Assembly (NCBI RefSeq): GCF_006345805.1
Contig: NC_043005.1
Span: 58,466,001-58,530,000 of the forward strand
Reading direction: 5' to 3'
Source: Octopus sinensis
Taxonomy: Eukaryota
DNA length: 64,000 nucleotides
Part shown: positions 1-13,307 of the stretch, piece after piece
Position numbering within the stretch: the stretch's first letter is position 1
How the letters are laid out: each line of letters starts with the position of its first letter
Position numbers and translations under genes: made by a program
Notes under the pieces: generated by a model
The model's database searches: none
The model's input: only the letters and a program-made list of their open reading frames with translations
Told to the model about the DNA's origin: nothing

Positions 1-204
1 AAAGGCAAAGTTGACATTGTGGAATTTGAGGATTTGAAATATTAATTTTTCTGTGATTACTTCAACTACACACACACACACACACACACACACATGCACA
101 CATAGAACAAATATATTTTATTCTTTTACTTGTTTCAGTCATTTGACAGTGGCCATGCTGGAGCACTGCTTTAAAAGGTGTTTGTCAAAGAAATAAAAAA
201 AGTC

Positions 205-720
205 TAAAAAGTCACTGATGGGTTTCAGTTTTTAATAACTTCTTTTAATAACTTTACAAATAAATGCATGAAATTTTGATACAATGCAAAGGATATAATG
301 AAAAGTAATATGCACAAGTCAAATTTTGCAACACCACTACATGACATGAAAAACGACGTTGCTTAATTGGCAGCCATTTTCGGCTTGCATGCCCATGTTC
401 TTTCCAAAACTTGCACCATAACACCCTCAACAGTTTTAGACCCTACTTCTGTGATTTCTCTATTGATGTTCTCCTTCAGTTGCACCAGAGTCTCTTGTTT
501 GTTGATGTAAACCCTCTCTTTCAGGTATCCTCATGAGATAAAATCCAGGCTAGTCAAGTCTGGGGAATGTGAAGGCCAGTTGACATTGCTGTGGCGGGAG
601 ATTATTCTCTTTCCAAAGCATTGCCATAGCAACTACATTGTTTCTCTTGCAGTATGAACAGTTGCCCCATCTTGCTGGAACCATGTGAGAGGTCTACTTT
701 GAATGGACTTCACATTCCCC
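205..720 (-). mobile_element. Degraded Tc1/mariner transposase 3' part (rosa/DD41D-like)
   Basis: Minus-strand translation WFQQDGATVHTARETM*...NWPSHSPDLTSLDFIS*GYLKERVY...QLKENI, with stops. Boundaries approximate. Confidence 0.7.
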
Positions 721-906
721 AGACTTGACTACAGTATGTGCGGGAATTTATATTAGGGAGGGGATGTGTGTAGAAAAAAGTCTTTTGGGTGTGTGTCCAC
801 TGTGTGAGGACATGTGTGTTTATGGGTGCATTGAGAATTTCCCTTAGCTGTGCACCGAATTTAAAAAGAGATTTTAGTAGGTAGGTCTATTCATGAGACA
901 GATGCA

Positions 907-1072
907 GGATGCTCATGTAGGGGTAGCATGACATGTCCACTGAATGGCCACTGTAACAAGGAGACCATCATATATGAAGCAGAGGTAACAGTGACAGGAC
1001 CAAATAGGCAACCAAACATGTGAAAGTATGCGGGAGCAACTGAAGGCCCCTTCAAAACCCACTTAAAAGATT
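907..1072 (+). mobile_element. Penelope-like element GIY-YIG endonuclease relic
   Basis: GCSCRGSMTCPLNGHCNKETIIYEAEV...*KYAGATEGPFKT matches the C-x-C...CPL-x-G-x-C...IY...Y-x-G-x-T...FK pattern of PLE endonucleases; one internal stop. Confidence 0.65.
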
Positions 1073-2446
1073 AAAAAGATATTCTGTAAGTCTCTTCATG
1101 TAGTCTATTAAGGGATCTTCTCTAGTCTTTCTGTAGAACTGGTATAAGTCTTGGTTCAGCTTGAATGTTCACTGGGATTTTTCTCAATAGTTCTGCAATC
1201 TGCGATAGCTGATTCTGGGTTCTTTCATTGCCATATTGTATGTATAATAATCTTCCACATGCTATGTATTAAACTTAATTTGTGTGCTTGGTTACTGCTA
1301 TGATCTTTTCAAAAAGCTTGTTTCTTTGCATTTACTCAAAGAATATAACCATTTCTGTTACTAATCTTGTATTAATGGCCAAAATTATAGCAAATAGTAT
1401 TCATTATCAAGTTGAATAAATAGTCCTCTGTGCCAATGTGTCTGCATTCGGTGCGATATTCTGTATGTATGGTTAAATTTTAAGGAAACATCAGTGAAAA
1501 TAGCGCTCTTCAGGCAATTAATTTGCACATGAAGTCTCCCTTTTCACTATTCTACCAGAAATTGAATAAGCCCGTGATTGGCTCACTGGAAACCACTAGA
1601 AAAAAAAAAAGAAGCAAAATGAATTATTTACAAGTTAAAAATATTAATAAAAAATATTTTTCAAAAATTGTAATATAAAGAGGAAAAAAAGAATGCGATG
1701 ATTTGACTGGGGGAGCAATCTAACCCATCATTCTCTACCTCTGTCAAATGTATAAATGGTGTTGTGTCTATGTTAAAAATTCATATGTTTATCCTTTCAT
1801 GATTGTGTATTTCTGTTGAAACTTGCAACCTACGTGTTTCAATTGATTTTGAAAATAATAAGGAATTTAAAAGGATTACCTAAAATATCTAATGCTGTAA
1901 GAGTGTTTATTTGTTTGCATTCTTTATATTTCTTGTTTTTGGAAGAAACTACTACAATGCACATTGTGCTATAAATAATAGTGCCGTATATTTCAGGTAA
2001 AATACCCCTTGATGATGGCAGGCAAAAAAACACAACAAAAAAAAACAAAACAAAAAAAAACAAAAGGGAACAGAATTGCCAATGGGAACCAAACCATTTT
2101 CCATTGTAACAGCTTATTTAACGAACAAAATGAAGAAAAACGAAACAAGCTTATTTTCAAATTCCTCAATGCATCTAGAGAAACAAAAAATGAAAAAAAT
2201 TTAATATTTTGTTTATAAAATAGCGTTTGGAACGTAACTTAATAAAAAATAGGCTCTTAAACAAAATTATGATGGAAAGGTTTTAACATAGGCATAAATG
2301 GTTTAAACATGGAGTCTTGAATTATAGAGGGTTGTCTCAGGTGGTTTGGCATTTAAAGGGTTTCACGTAGCAGCATTTTATTGTGTATGTTTTAGCATTA
2401 TGATATTTAAGAAAAATATTTTTGTTTTTAATTTTTTTCCCACTAG

Positions 2447-2566
2447 GCAAATGTTGCATTTAAAATTGATCTTCTGAAGACTCCATCCAAGACAAGTTAT
2501 ACAAATGTGTTTCTGTTACCTGAGAAAAGTGGCGTCATTCTACCTATGAGCAATTTCAACATACCT
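2447..2566 (+). CDS. CFAP65: Internal coding exon (phase 0-0) of a CFAP65/CCDC108-like ciliary protein
   Basis: Pyrimidine tract + CACTAG acceptor, 120 nt open frame ANVAFKIDLLKTPSKTSYTNVFLLPEKSGVILPMSNFNIP, donor CCT|GTGAGT. Resembles human CFAP65 VNAPFRIE...GIVLPGEKKCVS as recalled, and joins the next exon in frame. Confidence 0.72.
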
Positions 2567-3107
2567 GTGAGTAATACATATATATATACATATATATTTA
2601 TATATATATTTTTTATACATGCATATACATACGTAAGCATAGTATACATATGTATGTACATATGTATGCATGTATATACACCCGCACACACACACACACA
2701 GATACTTATACATATATATGCACACGCATACATAGATACTTATGCATATATATGCACACGCACACACATGCACACACACACACCACACACACAGATACTT
2801 ATACATATATATGCACATGCATGCACACACACACACACACAGATACTTATACATAGATATGCTCATGCACATGCACACACACACACACTCATACACACAC
2901 ACACACACACACGCATATTGGAAATGTAAAAGAAACATTCTGGCTTATTGCAGATAGCTTTCTCTGTTGTTTTTTGCTGTTGTTTGTGTTGTTACTGTTG
3001 TTTTTATTTTGTTTTAAATTTGTTGTTGTTGTTCTCTTTGAAACTGATGGTTCTGCCAAGTCAGACATTATTCACATGTAGGACTGCATTTCTTTAGACT
3101 ACTACTC

Positions 3108-3157
<50 letters not shown>

Positions 3158-3871
3158 CTTTTATCTTGTAGTCTTTCTTATTTCTGTCCACTGCCTTCTT
3201 TGATCTATCTACTTCACCACCTCCTGCCCTCCTCCTTCAATCCTGTCCCTCTCCTCCCACTTATCCTCACACCGCTTCTCTCCTTTTCCTTCTCTCTATT
3301 GCCCTCCCCTTCCACAACATCATCCTCCTTGTTGTCATCTTTAGCCACTTTTATTTTTTCTTTACCAATCTTTGGATTGCTACTGTTTTAATATTTCTTC
3401 TCACCAAGTCCTTGCCATTACTGTTCTCCTCCTCCTCCTCTGCATCCCCGCCCTTCCTTCCTTCCCTTTCCCCTCCTCCTCCTTCTGTCACTTCACTCTT
3501 TCCTTTTTTCCGTCCTCTGTCAAGCTATTTTTGCCATTCATAGTTTTATAAAGACAAGATGCATTTTTTTTGTATGTTCCTATTTTTTTTTTTTTTACTT
3601 TACCTCGAAAGTAATTAATTACCAGAAGCTATTTAGTTCATTGTTGTTAAAACATGAGTTGCTGCTGTTGTTGTTGCTGTGGTTGTTATTGTTGTTATGC
3701 AGTTACTTTGAATTATCCTCAACAATTAATCTACCGCACCAAGAAGCACAATGTAGAAGCCTCTATGCTTACATTGTCAGCCATTCTGCTGAAATAGCAC
3801 TATTCTACTGCTTTCTTTAAGTCCAGATGAATGCATTGGAAAATAGGATGGTGTCTTGAATATTCTTCACC

Positions 3872-4001
3872 ATAGGTGTAGGAGTGGCTGGGTGGTAAGT
3901 AGCTTGCTTCCTAACCACATGGTTCTAGGTTCAGTCCCACTGCATGGCACCTTGGGCAAGTGTCTTCTACAATAGCCTTGGGTCAACCAAAGCCCGTCAT
4001 A

Positions 4002-4053
<52 letters not shown>

Positions 4054-4060
4054 TATATAA

Positions 4061-4124
<64 letters not shown>

Positions 4125-4697
4125 CATATATATGTATGCATATATATATATATATATATATATATCCGAACGTGGCCGATGCCAGCACCGCCCCGACTGG
4201 CTTCTGTGTAGGTGGCACATAAAAAGCACCAACCGACCGTGGCCAATGCCAGACCCCTCTGGCACCTGTGCAGGTGGCACGTAAAAAGCACCCACTACAC
4301 TCGCGGAGTGGTTGGCGTTAGGAAGGGCATCCAGCTGTAGAAACACTGCCAGACCAGACTGGAGCCTGGGGCAGCCCCTGGCTCCCCAGACCCCGGTCGA
4401 AACCGTCCAACCCGTGCTAGCGCGGAAAACGGACGTTAAACGACGATGATGATGATGATGATGATACACAACATGTTTGTGTAGATGTTTGTGTCTGTGT
4501 TTGTCCCTCCAACATCGCTTGACAACTGATGCTGGTGTGTTTACATCCCCGTAACATAGCGATTCGGTGAAAGCGACCGATAGAATAAGTACTAGGCTTA
4601 CAAAGAATAAGTCCTGGGGGTCGATTTACCAGACTAAAAGGTGGTGCTGCAGCATGGCCACAGTCAAATGACTGAAACAAGTAAAAGAGTAAAAGAG
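3872..4697 (+). mobile_element. SINE family A (tRNA-like head + CORE-like ACCTTGGGCAAGT segment) interrupted by (TA)n and a family C element
   Basis: Head GGAGTGGCTGGGTGGTAAGTAGCTTGC...GGTTCAGTCCCA and tail CAGTCAAATGACTGAAACAAGTAAAAGAGTAAAAGA recur more than 20 times in the window. The family C segment (AAGGGCATCCAGCTGTAG...GGACGTTAAAC(GAT)n) spans about 4170-4465. Confidence 0.85.
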
Positions 4698-6110
4698 ATA
4701 GGTAGGAGCTGACCTGAAACTAAACAACAACAACAACAGCAATAAGAAAGAAAAAGTCTTACTGGACCATGTAGTCTTAGATATGTATGTATAGCTAATA
4801 TAAAAGATGGTGGGGTTAGTACTGGAAGGTCTTTGATGTCAAAGCTGACAGGGGGGGTTAAATAACAATAGTAGCAATGTCAACCAGAACAATAACATTT
4901 GCTACAACAGCAGCAACAATAACTGCCACAGGTTCTAGATAACCATGTACTACATCTGATTATAAGAAGGAATGGTCATGACTGGATTGGTTTTGATCAA
5001 AGCTGACATGGGACTGAGCAACAATAACAGCTACAGAAAAACAGACACATGTGAACCAGTAAGAGAGCCTCTATCTGGTTGTTAGACATGATAAAAATAG
5101 CTGCCATATCTCCCTCAAATTATACTTGGCTGCCGCATTAAAAAACAAAAATTTAATTAGATGAAGTAATCTTTAATTGTCCAAGGTATACGGACTCTGT
5201 GCCTGAATAACAGACTGGAAACTGATGTTCTAGTAGATTTAAACATGAATGTACTATTTATTGTTGTATTTTGCCTTCAGAAAATGATTTCTCGCTTTAT
5301 ATGAGGTGTCTTGACAACACACTATTCAATGGGTGTGGTGAACTCTGAGACCTTGCTGTTTTGACGTGATTATGTCTCTTCAGTAGGAGCCACCAGTTTG
5401 ATCTCTTAATCTACTGTATTTGTATAAGATGTGCTCTTTTTTTCATTTTTAGACATATCAAAAAATTGTCCTGCACTTAATGCTGTCATATGACTGTTGT
5501 ATGTAGATTGACTTGGGAAGCAGAAAAGCAAGCATCTGCTAGGCATAATAATTGTTGCTAGTAATATTGAAAACAAACGAAAATATCACTGTCTGTGTTT
5601 CAAACTTATGAAAAATTGCTTACACTCTGACAGCAGCTATGTGGAGAGGTCACATTATCTCACTATATCTCCTACTCCAGCATACATAGCCAACCTCTGA
5701 TATGTGTCTTACTTTATGTAAAGACTGTGTTATCTTTAAGAAACATTTTTCAATTATATAAATGAAAATTCTTCTTGCAAGATGTGAGGACTACTAAACA
5801 TTTCTCCATCTATCACCTATTTACAATGAGTGGATGACTATAAAATCATAGCACAGTCAACCACAGTAACATGAAACATCAGAGTCAAAAGTACAGGTTT
5901 TACATTTTGCAGGGTAATTCTTTTGACCAATATATAAACAGCTATACATTTGATCTGAAAGAAGGTTATGTCGATATACAGTTCTTGTATAGTCTAGTTT
6001 ATTTATAAATTTATGGTTTCATAAGCTTATGGTTCCAGCATACTGTGAGGGCATTGTATTTACATATACAAATGCATAAATTTTATTCCCTTCAAAACCA
6101 TTTAAAAATA

Positions 6111-7399
6111 CAAGGGGCATTCAATAAGTAATGCCCCTGACCCACTTCCCATAGCAGTAGAGCAACGAAACTTGGCACAGTTATTAGTCTTTTTCTACAT
6201 AGGAACCGCCCTGAGTTACGCATTTCTCCCATCGTTTGATGCGGCTCTGGAGACTGTTTTTGTAGAAGAACCCAGCTTGGTCCTCCAACCTCAACGTGAC
6301 TTCAGAAATCAAAGCTGCATCGTCTGGGAAACGCTTTCCTTTCAAAAACAACTTCATGATTGGGAAGAGGTGAAAATCAGAGGGTGCAAGGTCAGGAAAG
6401 TAGGGGGGATGGGGAGGAGTTCATAGCCATATGCCTGTGCTTCTGATCTGGCGACAAGTGAGTTGTGGACCGGAGCGTTGTCCTGCAGGAGGAGGATGCC
6501 TTTGCTGATCTTGCCCCGCCTCTTGATTTTGATAACTTCTCTTAATTTCCTCAAAACTGAAGCATAATAGGCTCCTGCAATTGTGGTACCCTTTGCCAGG
6601 AAATCTGTCATCACTACTCCGTCCTGGTCCCAGAAGACTGTGAGCATGACCTTGCCAGCGGAGGGCTGCACCCTTGCCTTCTTTGGAGGGGGTGAGTCAC
6701 GGTGCTTCCACTGCATTGACTGGGCTTTGGTCTCTGGATCATCGTGATGGACTCAGGTTTCATCCTGTGTAATCAGTCTTTTGAAAAATTTTGACTCATC
6801 TTCTTGGCACATCTCCAAATTCACCCTCGAGCACTCGACGTGTTCTTGCTTCTGGAAAGGCGTGAGCAACCTGGGAATCCATCTGGCAGACACCTTTTGC
6901 TTATGCAAATGGTCATGAATGATAGTTTCCACAGACCCGGTACTAATCTTGACCTCATGGGCTATTTGGCGAATAATTATGCGTCGATCTTCCAAAATGG
7001 CAGCCTCAACTTGACGGACAGATGCCTCATCAATGGCAGAAGGGGGCGACCAGATTTGGGAGCTGTTTCCAGAGTTCCGACCATGTTTGAATTCACGATG
7101 CCAGTGTTTTACAAGGTCATATGATGGGGCATCATCACCATAAGTTACTTTCATTTCATCAAAAGTCTCCCATGGTGTGCGTCCTTTCAAATACAAAAAC
7201 TGGATCACTGCTCGACACTCAACAGGCTCCATTTCACACTTGACTCGGTTCAAACACCTGTAAATCAGAAACCACAATTAATTCAGAGCTGTAATTTGCC
7301 ACTTACTCTATAGAGATATAAATGATTGCACATGCAAAATTTCAGCTAGATCAAACAGCTGCAAGTGGGTCAGAGGCATTACTTATTGAACGTCCCTCG
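6111..7399 (-). mobile_element. Full-length mariner DNA transposon (1289 bp)
   Basis: About 39-bp TIRs (CAAGGGGCATTCAATAAGTAATGCCCCTGACCCACTT vs reverse complement CGAGGGACGTTCAATAAGTAATGCCTCTGACCCACTT), TA at both ends (6109-6110, 7400-7401), transposase inside. Confidence 0.93.
6184..7232 (-). pseudogene. Mariner DDD transposase pseudogene
   Basis: MEPVECRAVI... with WIPRLL, QDET*, FWDQDG, LLLQDNAP and, after a frameshift, PDLAPSDFHLF. Premature TGA after DET and a -1 frameshift near YELL. Confidence 0.9.
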
Positions 7400-8985
7400 T
7401 ACCTTTCAATAAATGCATGATGAAACATGCTAATTTGTTTTTCCACAAAATACTCATGTAAAAAAGGGTACATCTTACATGAAAGTGCATATTATACACC
7501 AGCAAGTATGACAAACAAAAATAGTTGTTCACAGCTGGAATGTTTTTAATCATAGGTCTACTTGATTACAACTTATTTTGATCCAAACAATGTATACAAC
7601 ACCAAAGAGAGCATAGCCAAATCACCTTCAAATCATTCTCTATTGTTTTATTAACCTTATTTCACATTGCTCTAGTTCACTCATCCGTGGAAATGAGTGG
7701 TTGCGATGTCACTGGTGCCAAACTGTAACAGCCTTTGCCTTGCCTTTGGATAACATCAGTGGTGTGGAGAGGGGAGGCTGGTATGCATGGGCGACTGCTG
7801 GTCTTCCATAAACAAACTTACCTGAACCTGTGCTTCAGAGGGGAACTTTGTAGGAGCAATCCCATGGTCATTCATGACTGAACGGAGTCTATACATTTTA
7901 CCTTTACCTTTTATGAGTATGCATTTTCTTTTTAATGTTTAACCTTGAGTCAACCATTATCAAGCAAAGATATGATCAAAGGTGTTCCAGATGGCAACTT
8001 ATTATCATCATCATCATCATTATTTTTAAAGGCAGTGAGCTGGCAGAATCATTAGCATGCCGGGCGAAATGCTTAGTGGTATTTCATCTGCCGTTACATT
8101 CTGAGTTCAACTTCTGCCAAGGTTGACCTAGCCTTTCATCCTTCGGGGGTTGATAAAATTAATACCAGTTATGCACTAGGGTCGATGTAATCAACTTAAT
8201 CTCTTTCCTCAAATATGAGGCCTTGTACTTCCTGCAGAAAGGATTATTATTTTTTTTTTTTAATAGCTTAGACACTGAAGACAACTACCATTTCGTTAGA
8301 AATCATTATAATTTATGTTTTAACAAGATTATGTCTGAAATTTTGATTTAGATATGACCCAGTCGTAGGCCAATTGATGTTACAAAAATTTAAGAAAAAT
8401 ACAAACCTAAACTGGAAAATGTAGTCCGAGATAGTCATAGACACACATGCTCTAGCAACATCTGAATTCAAAATTCAAAAATAGAGAAAAGAAATGGACA
8501 ATGGTAACGGTCTCTGTTGATGAAACATCTTTGATCAAATGTCTGCTCAATCACTTCAGCTTTGGTATTAAACATCAATGACAACAACAACAATAACAAC
8601 AACGATAACATTATCTTCTTTTTATGTTTTCTTAATTAAAAAAAAACAAAAGAAGCAAATAAAAAAACAACAAAAAAGAAACTAATTACAACGCTACTGC
8701 TTATTGTCCATTCATAACTGTAAACATTGATCTACTGGCCATCAAAACCCTCCCACCCGTTAAAATTTTAATTACATAGCCATTATTATTACGAAAGAAA
8801 TAGTTGTTTGGAAGGAAAAAAACAATTAATTCCATGCTTTTTTTTTTTTATATTGTTAGAATTTCTATGAGAATTCTTCAGCTGTTTTAAGGGTAAAGTG
8901 TGCACTTTGGAAGAAAATAACAATTGTTCTTTGCGGTCATTATTTTGTTTTCCTTACCCAACCTACCCATGCACCTACTTCCTAA

Positions 8986-9346
8986 CTCTCTCTCTCTCTC
9001 TCTCTACCTGCCTCTCTTGCTACCTACCTCTCTCTTTCCCCTTCTCTTTCTTTATCCTCCTCTCTCTTTATCTCCCCCTCTCTTTCTATCCCCTCCTCTA
9101 TCCCTATTCTATTCCCTCCCCTCTGCTATCCCTATCCTCTTCTCTCTCTTTATCTTCCTCTTTTCCCCTTCTCTCTCCCTTCTCTTTCTTCCTTTATCCT
9201 TCCCCCTTCTCTCTGCCCCTTCTCTCTGCCCCTTCTCTCTGCCCCTTCTTTCTGCCCCTTCTTTCTGCCCCTTCTCTCTCTCTTTATTCTCCTCTCTCTA
9301 TCTCCCTCTATCTTTACCTCTATTTATCCCCTTCTCACTCTCTATT

Positions 9347-9408
<62 letters not shown>

Positions 9409-9705
9409 TTCCTTCCTTTCTTTCTTTCTATCTTTCTTTCTTTCTATCTTTCTTTCTTTCTTCCTTCCTTTTTTCTTTCTTTCTTTCTATCTTTCTTTCT
9501 ATCTTTCTATCTTTCTTTCTTTCTTCCTTCCTTCCTTTCTTTCTTTCTATCTTTCTTCCTTTCTCTCTCCCTGCTTTTCTCTCTCTCCCTCTTCCCTTCT
9601 CGCTCTATCCTTCTCTTTCTACCTGCCTCTCTTTCTTTTCCCCCCTTCCCTTCTCTCCCTTTTCGTTCTTACTCTCTCCCTCTCTCTTTCTTTCCCTCTC
9701 TTCTT
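8986..9705 (+). repeat. About 720-bp polypyrimidine low-complexity tract
   Basis: Almost only C/T on +; includes 13-bp CTGCCCCTTCT(C/T)T units and (TTTC)n. Confidence 0.95.
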
Positions 9706-10548
9706 CAAATATATAAAGCAGACATAAATTTAAATGTGTGTGTAGCTTTATGTTTGCGTGTGGAATTGTATTTCTGCATGTTGATATGTGTGTATGTGGT
9801 GTGTGTGTGTGTGTGTGTGTATGTGTGTGTGTATGTGCATGAGTGTCGACATGTAGGCTGTTTGCATGTTCTATGTATCTGTACATGAATGTTTGTGCAT
9901 CTGCATGTATGTGTACTTGTATTTGTATATGTATGTGGGTACATGTGTGTGTGTGTGTGTGTGTGTGTTTGTGTGTATGTGTGTGTGTGCTCGTGCTGTC
10001 ACAAACTATTCAGACATTTTATCCAAGAATCATTTCTTGTGTCTCCATCTTGATCCATGTTTTTTTTCCCCCATTTTTACATGAAGATAAATATTGATAG
10101 TCAGAAGTAGAGAGAAGACTGGACTTCCAGTGGCTTCCACTGGTCAGCGGATTCTTATCTTGTTAGCTACACTACATTACTCACTTTGCCTAACTGCAAG
10201 TAGGTACTGATGTCTTATGTGTGTGGGTATGTGCGTATTATATATATACTTTTCTACTCTAGGCACAAGGCCTGAAATTTTGGGGGAGGGGGTCAGTCAA
10301 TTAGATCGACCCCAGTACACAACTGGTACTTAATTTATTGACCCTGAAAGGATGAAAGGCAAAGTCAAACTCGGTGGAGGAATTTGAACTCAGAACGAAA
10401 AGACAGATGAAATACCGCTAAGCATTTTGCCCGGCATGCTAATGATTCTGCCAACCTGCTGCTTTGTGCGCGTATTATATATATATATATATATAATATA
10501 TATATATATAGATAATATATATATAGATATATATATATATATATATAG

Positions 10549-10594
<46 letters not shown>

Positions 10595-10595
10595 G

Positions 10596-10629
<34 letters not shown>

Positions 10630-12315
10630 TTTATATATATATATATATATATATCATACATGAATGTAGTGTGTGGTAAGAAGCTTGCTTCTCAACCACA
10701 TGGTCCTAGTTCAGTTCCACTGTATGGCACCTTCAGCAAGGTGTCTTCTACTATATATATAGGCACAGACAAGAGTATGCAGTAGTAAGAAGTTTGCTCT
10801 TCCAACACATGGTCCCAGAGTCAGTACTACTGTGTGACATTTTGGACAACTGTCTTCACTTTTAGATGTATGTATGTATGTATGTATGTAGATGTATTAT
10901 GTAGTATGGTATGTATGATGTATGATGGATGTAGGTATGTATGTATGTATGTATGTATGGATGTAGTGTTGTGTGGTGGTGTGTGTGTGTGGTTGTGTGT
11001 GTGTGTGTTGTGTGTGTGTGTAGGTATGTATGTAGGTATGTATGTATGCAGCAGCATGCATTGCATGTATGTATGTGTGTATATTATATATGTATGTAGG
11101 TATGTATGTATGTATGTATGTATGTATCTATCTATCTATAATCATCTATCTATCTATACTTATATATATGCATGTATTTAAGTAAGTATGTATGTACATA
11201 TTTATGTTTGTATGTATGCATTTATCTTGGTGGGAAGTATCATGCTTTTGCTAATTGCTTTAGGTTCCTAACTCATTCTCAACCTTCTGACCCTTGACCC
11301 AACAAAGCATCCAGGATGTGACAGTGGGAGGGAAGGACAGAAAGCTGCACTTGTAATTGGAAGGGTCTCAGTTGCAGCTGAGTAGGCTGGGGATAATACG
11401 AAAAGAAGAGCCTTAGTGAAAGATACAATGCTACGCTAGGTCCATCAAAGAATCCCGTTATAGTGGTTTCAACTATAGGCACAAGGCCAGCAATTCCAGA
11501 GTAGTGGGTAAGTTGATAACATTGATCCTAGTGCTCAACTGGTATCTATTTTATCGACCCTGAAAGGATGAAAGGCAAAGTTGGCCTTAGTGGAATTTGA
11601 ACTCAGAAAGTGAAGACAGATGAAATGTCACTAAGCATTTTGCTCGTCATGCTAATGACTTTGCCAGCTTACTGCCTCATTGAAACCTGTAATGTTATGA
11701 TCCTGTGGTTAACACCCTACACTAGGTCACATGCCCTCACGCACTCATGTATTATTAACATTTTACATCCACTTCATGCTGACATGGGTAGGATAGCTTT
11801 TCTGAGGAAGCGCTGTTTAACTGGGAAACCTTCCTGTTACTCTGTTACTGACCCATTTTGTTACCTCTTATTGCACTCACAAAGAAGTCCTGTATCTTTT
11901 CCAAAACCAGAGTACATGAACATGAATGAATGAGAGATATACTGATAAACAGGGAATGTGGAAGAACAGGAAATAACCACTAAATTCTGAATTATTGAAT
12001 GCTAGCTTGTCTTCATTACCTTTGTAACAATTCTCGTTCAGTAATTGCATTTTTGAAGTTAATTTAAATCATAATATTCATATACTGTTGTATATTTAGG
12101 ACTTAGAAAATGTGTTCAAACAACAAATCCCCACAGACGACCATCATAGAGTGAACAACACTGCATATTTTCTAAGTAGTGCTGCTGAATATTCCCTTGG
12201 CGTTGTCTTTCAAGATTTTAACTGTAGCTTGTTTGAAAATGGAGTTAATTATCTTTTTGAATGAAATTATACTGAGTGTCCTAAATTAAATTACAGTGTT
12301 TGAAATTATTTTCAG

Positions 12316-12424
12316 ATTCATTTCACTCCTGATATTGTTAATTCACCAATAATTGAATACTTCAATCTGGTACCGCATGGTCATATATCAGGAAATGTTA
12401 TCAAATGTGTTGGCTATTCAGAAG
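12316..12424 (+). CDS. CFAP65: Internal coding exon (phase 0-1) of CFAP65-like gene
   Basis: TTTTCAG acceptor, 109 nt, IHFTPDIVNSPIIEYFNLVPHGHISGNVIKCVGYSE+G, donor AAG|GTAAGC; the other two frames have stops. Resembles human VFFHPKTLDTRTVDYCSIMPSGCASKTLLKVVGFCR (recalled). Confidence 0.75.
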
Positions 12425-12987
12425 GTAAGCCATAATTAAACATGATTTTATGGTTCTTTTATCATCGTCTGTTGCAATAGTTGTAGTCAACCTGTCTCCA
12501 TGTATTCAATTCCAATCTTCTAAAACATAATTTCTTCATATTTTATTGGGTTGTTGATGGCTATTTTGTAGAGATTTTTATATATATCTTTGCTAATATC
12601 TTCTGCATTTGCCTAGATGAATGAATTTGTTTGTTAGTTTTACACTTGTTATCCTTGCTGTTTTTTTATTTTTTGTTCCCTACTAGCATAAGTTGGACAA
12701 GTACATTTTATTGAGGCATTGTTTTCACATCTGAATGCTCTTCCTGTCATTAACCCTCCCTTGTTTTACAAGCAAGAGAATTTTCATTCCATACATCTTT
12801 AGAAGTACACAGCTTCTGCTGAGTAATTTGTCAACAGAGAAATGTCAACAAATGTCTCCTGTCTGTAGCTTGGTGATTTTCATGTGAAGTGCAGATTGTG
12901 AACATTCACACAGACTCACAAATGCACTCATACTTTCTCTTTCACTCTCTCTCATACACACACACACACATGCATGCACACATGCTT

Positions 12988-13020
<33 letters not shown>

Positions 13021-13207
13021 TACACACACAGATGACAGGCTCTGTACAGTCTCTGGCTAACAAATTCACTCATTAGTTATTGGTTGATCAGAGTTTATAG
13101 TTGGAGACACTTGTGCAAAGTACTGTACCACAGGACTGAACCTGTAGCAATCTGGGGTCGATTTGCTTGACTAAAGTTGGTGCTACAAATCAAACGACTG
13201 AGTAAAA

Positions 13208-13307
13208 NNNNNNNNNNNNNNNNNNNNNNNNNNNNNNNNNNNNNNNNNNNNNNNNNNNNNNNNNNNNNNNNNNNNNNNNNNNNNNNNNNNNNNNNNNNNN
13301 NNNNNNN
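13208..13307. other. Assembly gap (100 N)
   Basis: Run of 100 N between two SINE fragments. Confidence 1.

Noticed and set aside
1893-1985. Possible upstream CFAP65 exon ending ...INNSA
   Set aside because: No usable acceptor, weak donor and no similarity apart from the last residues.
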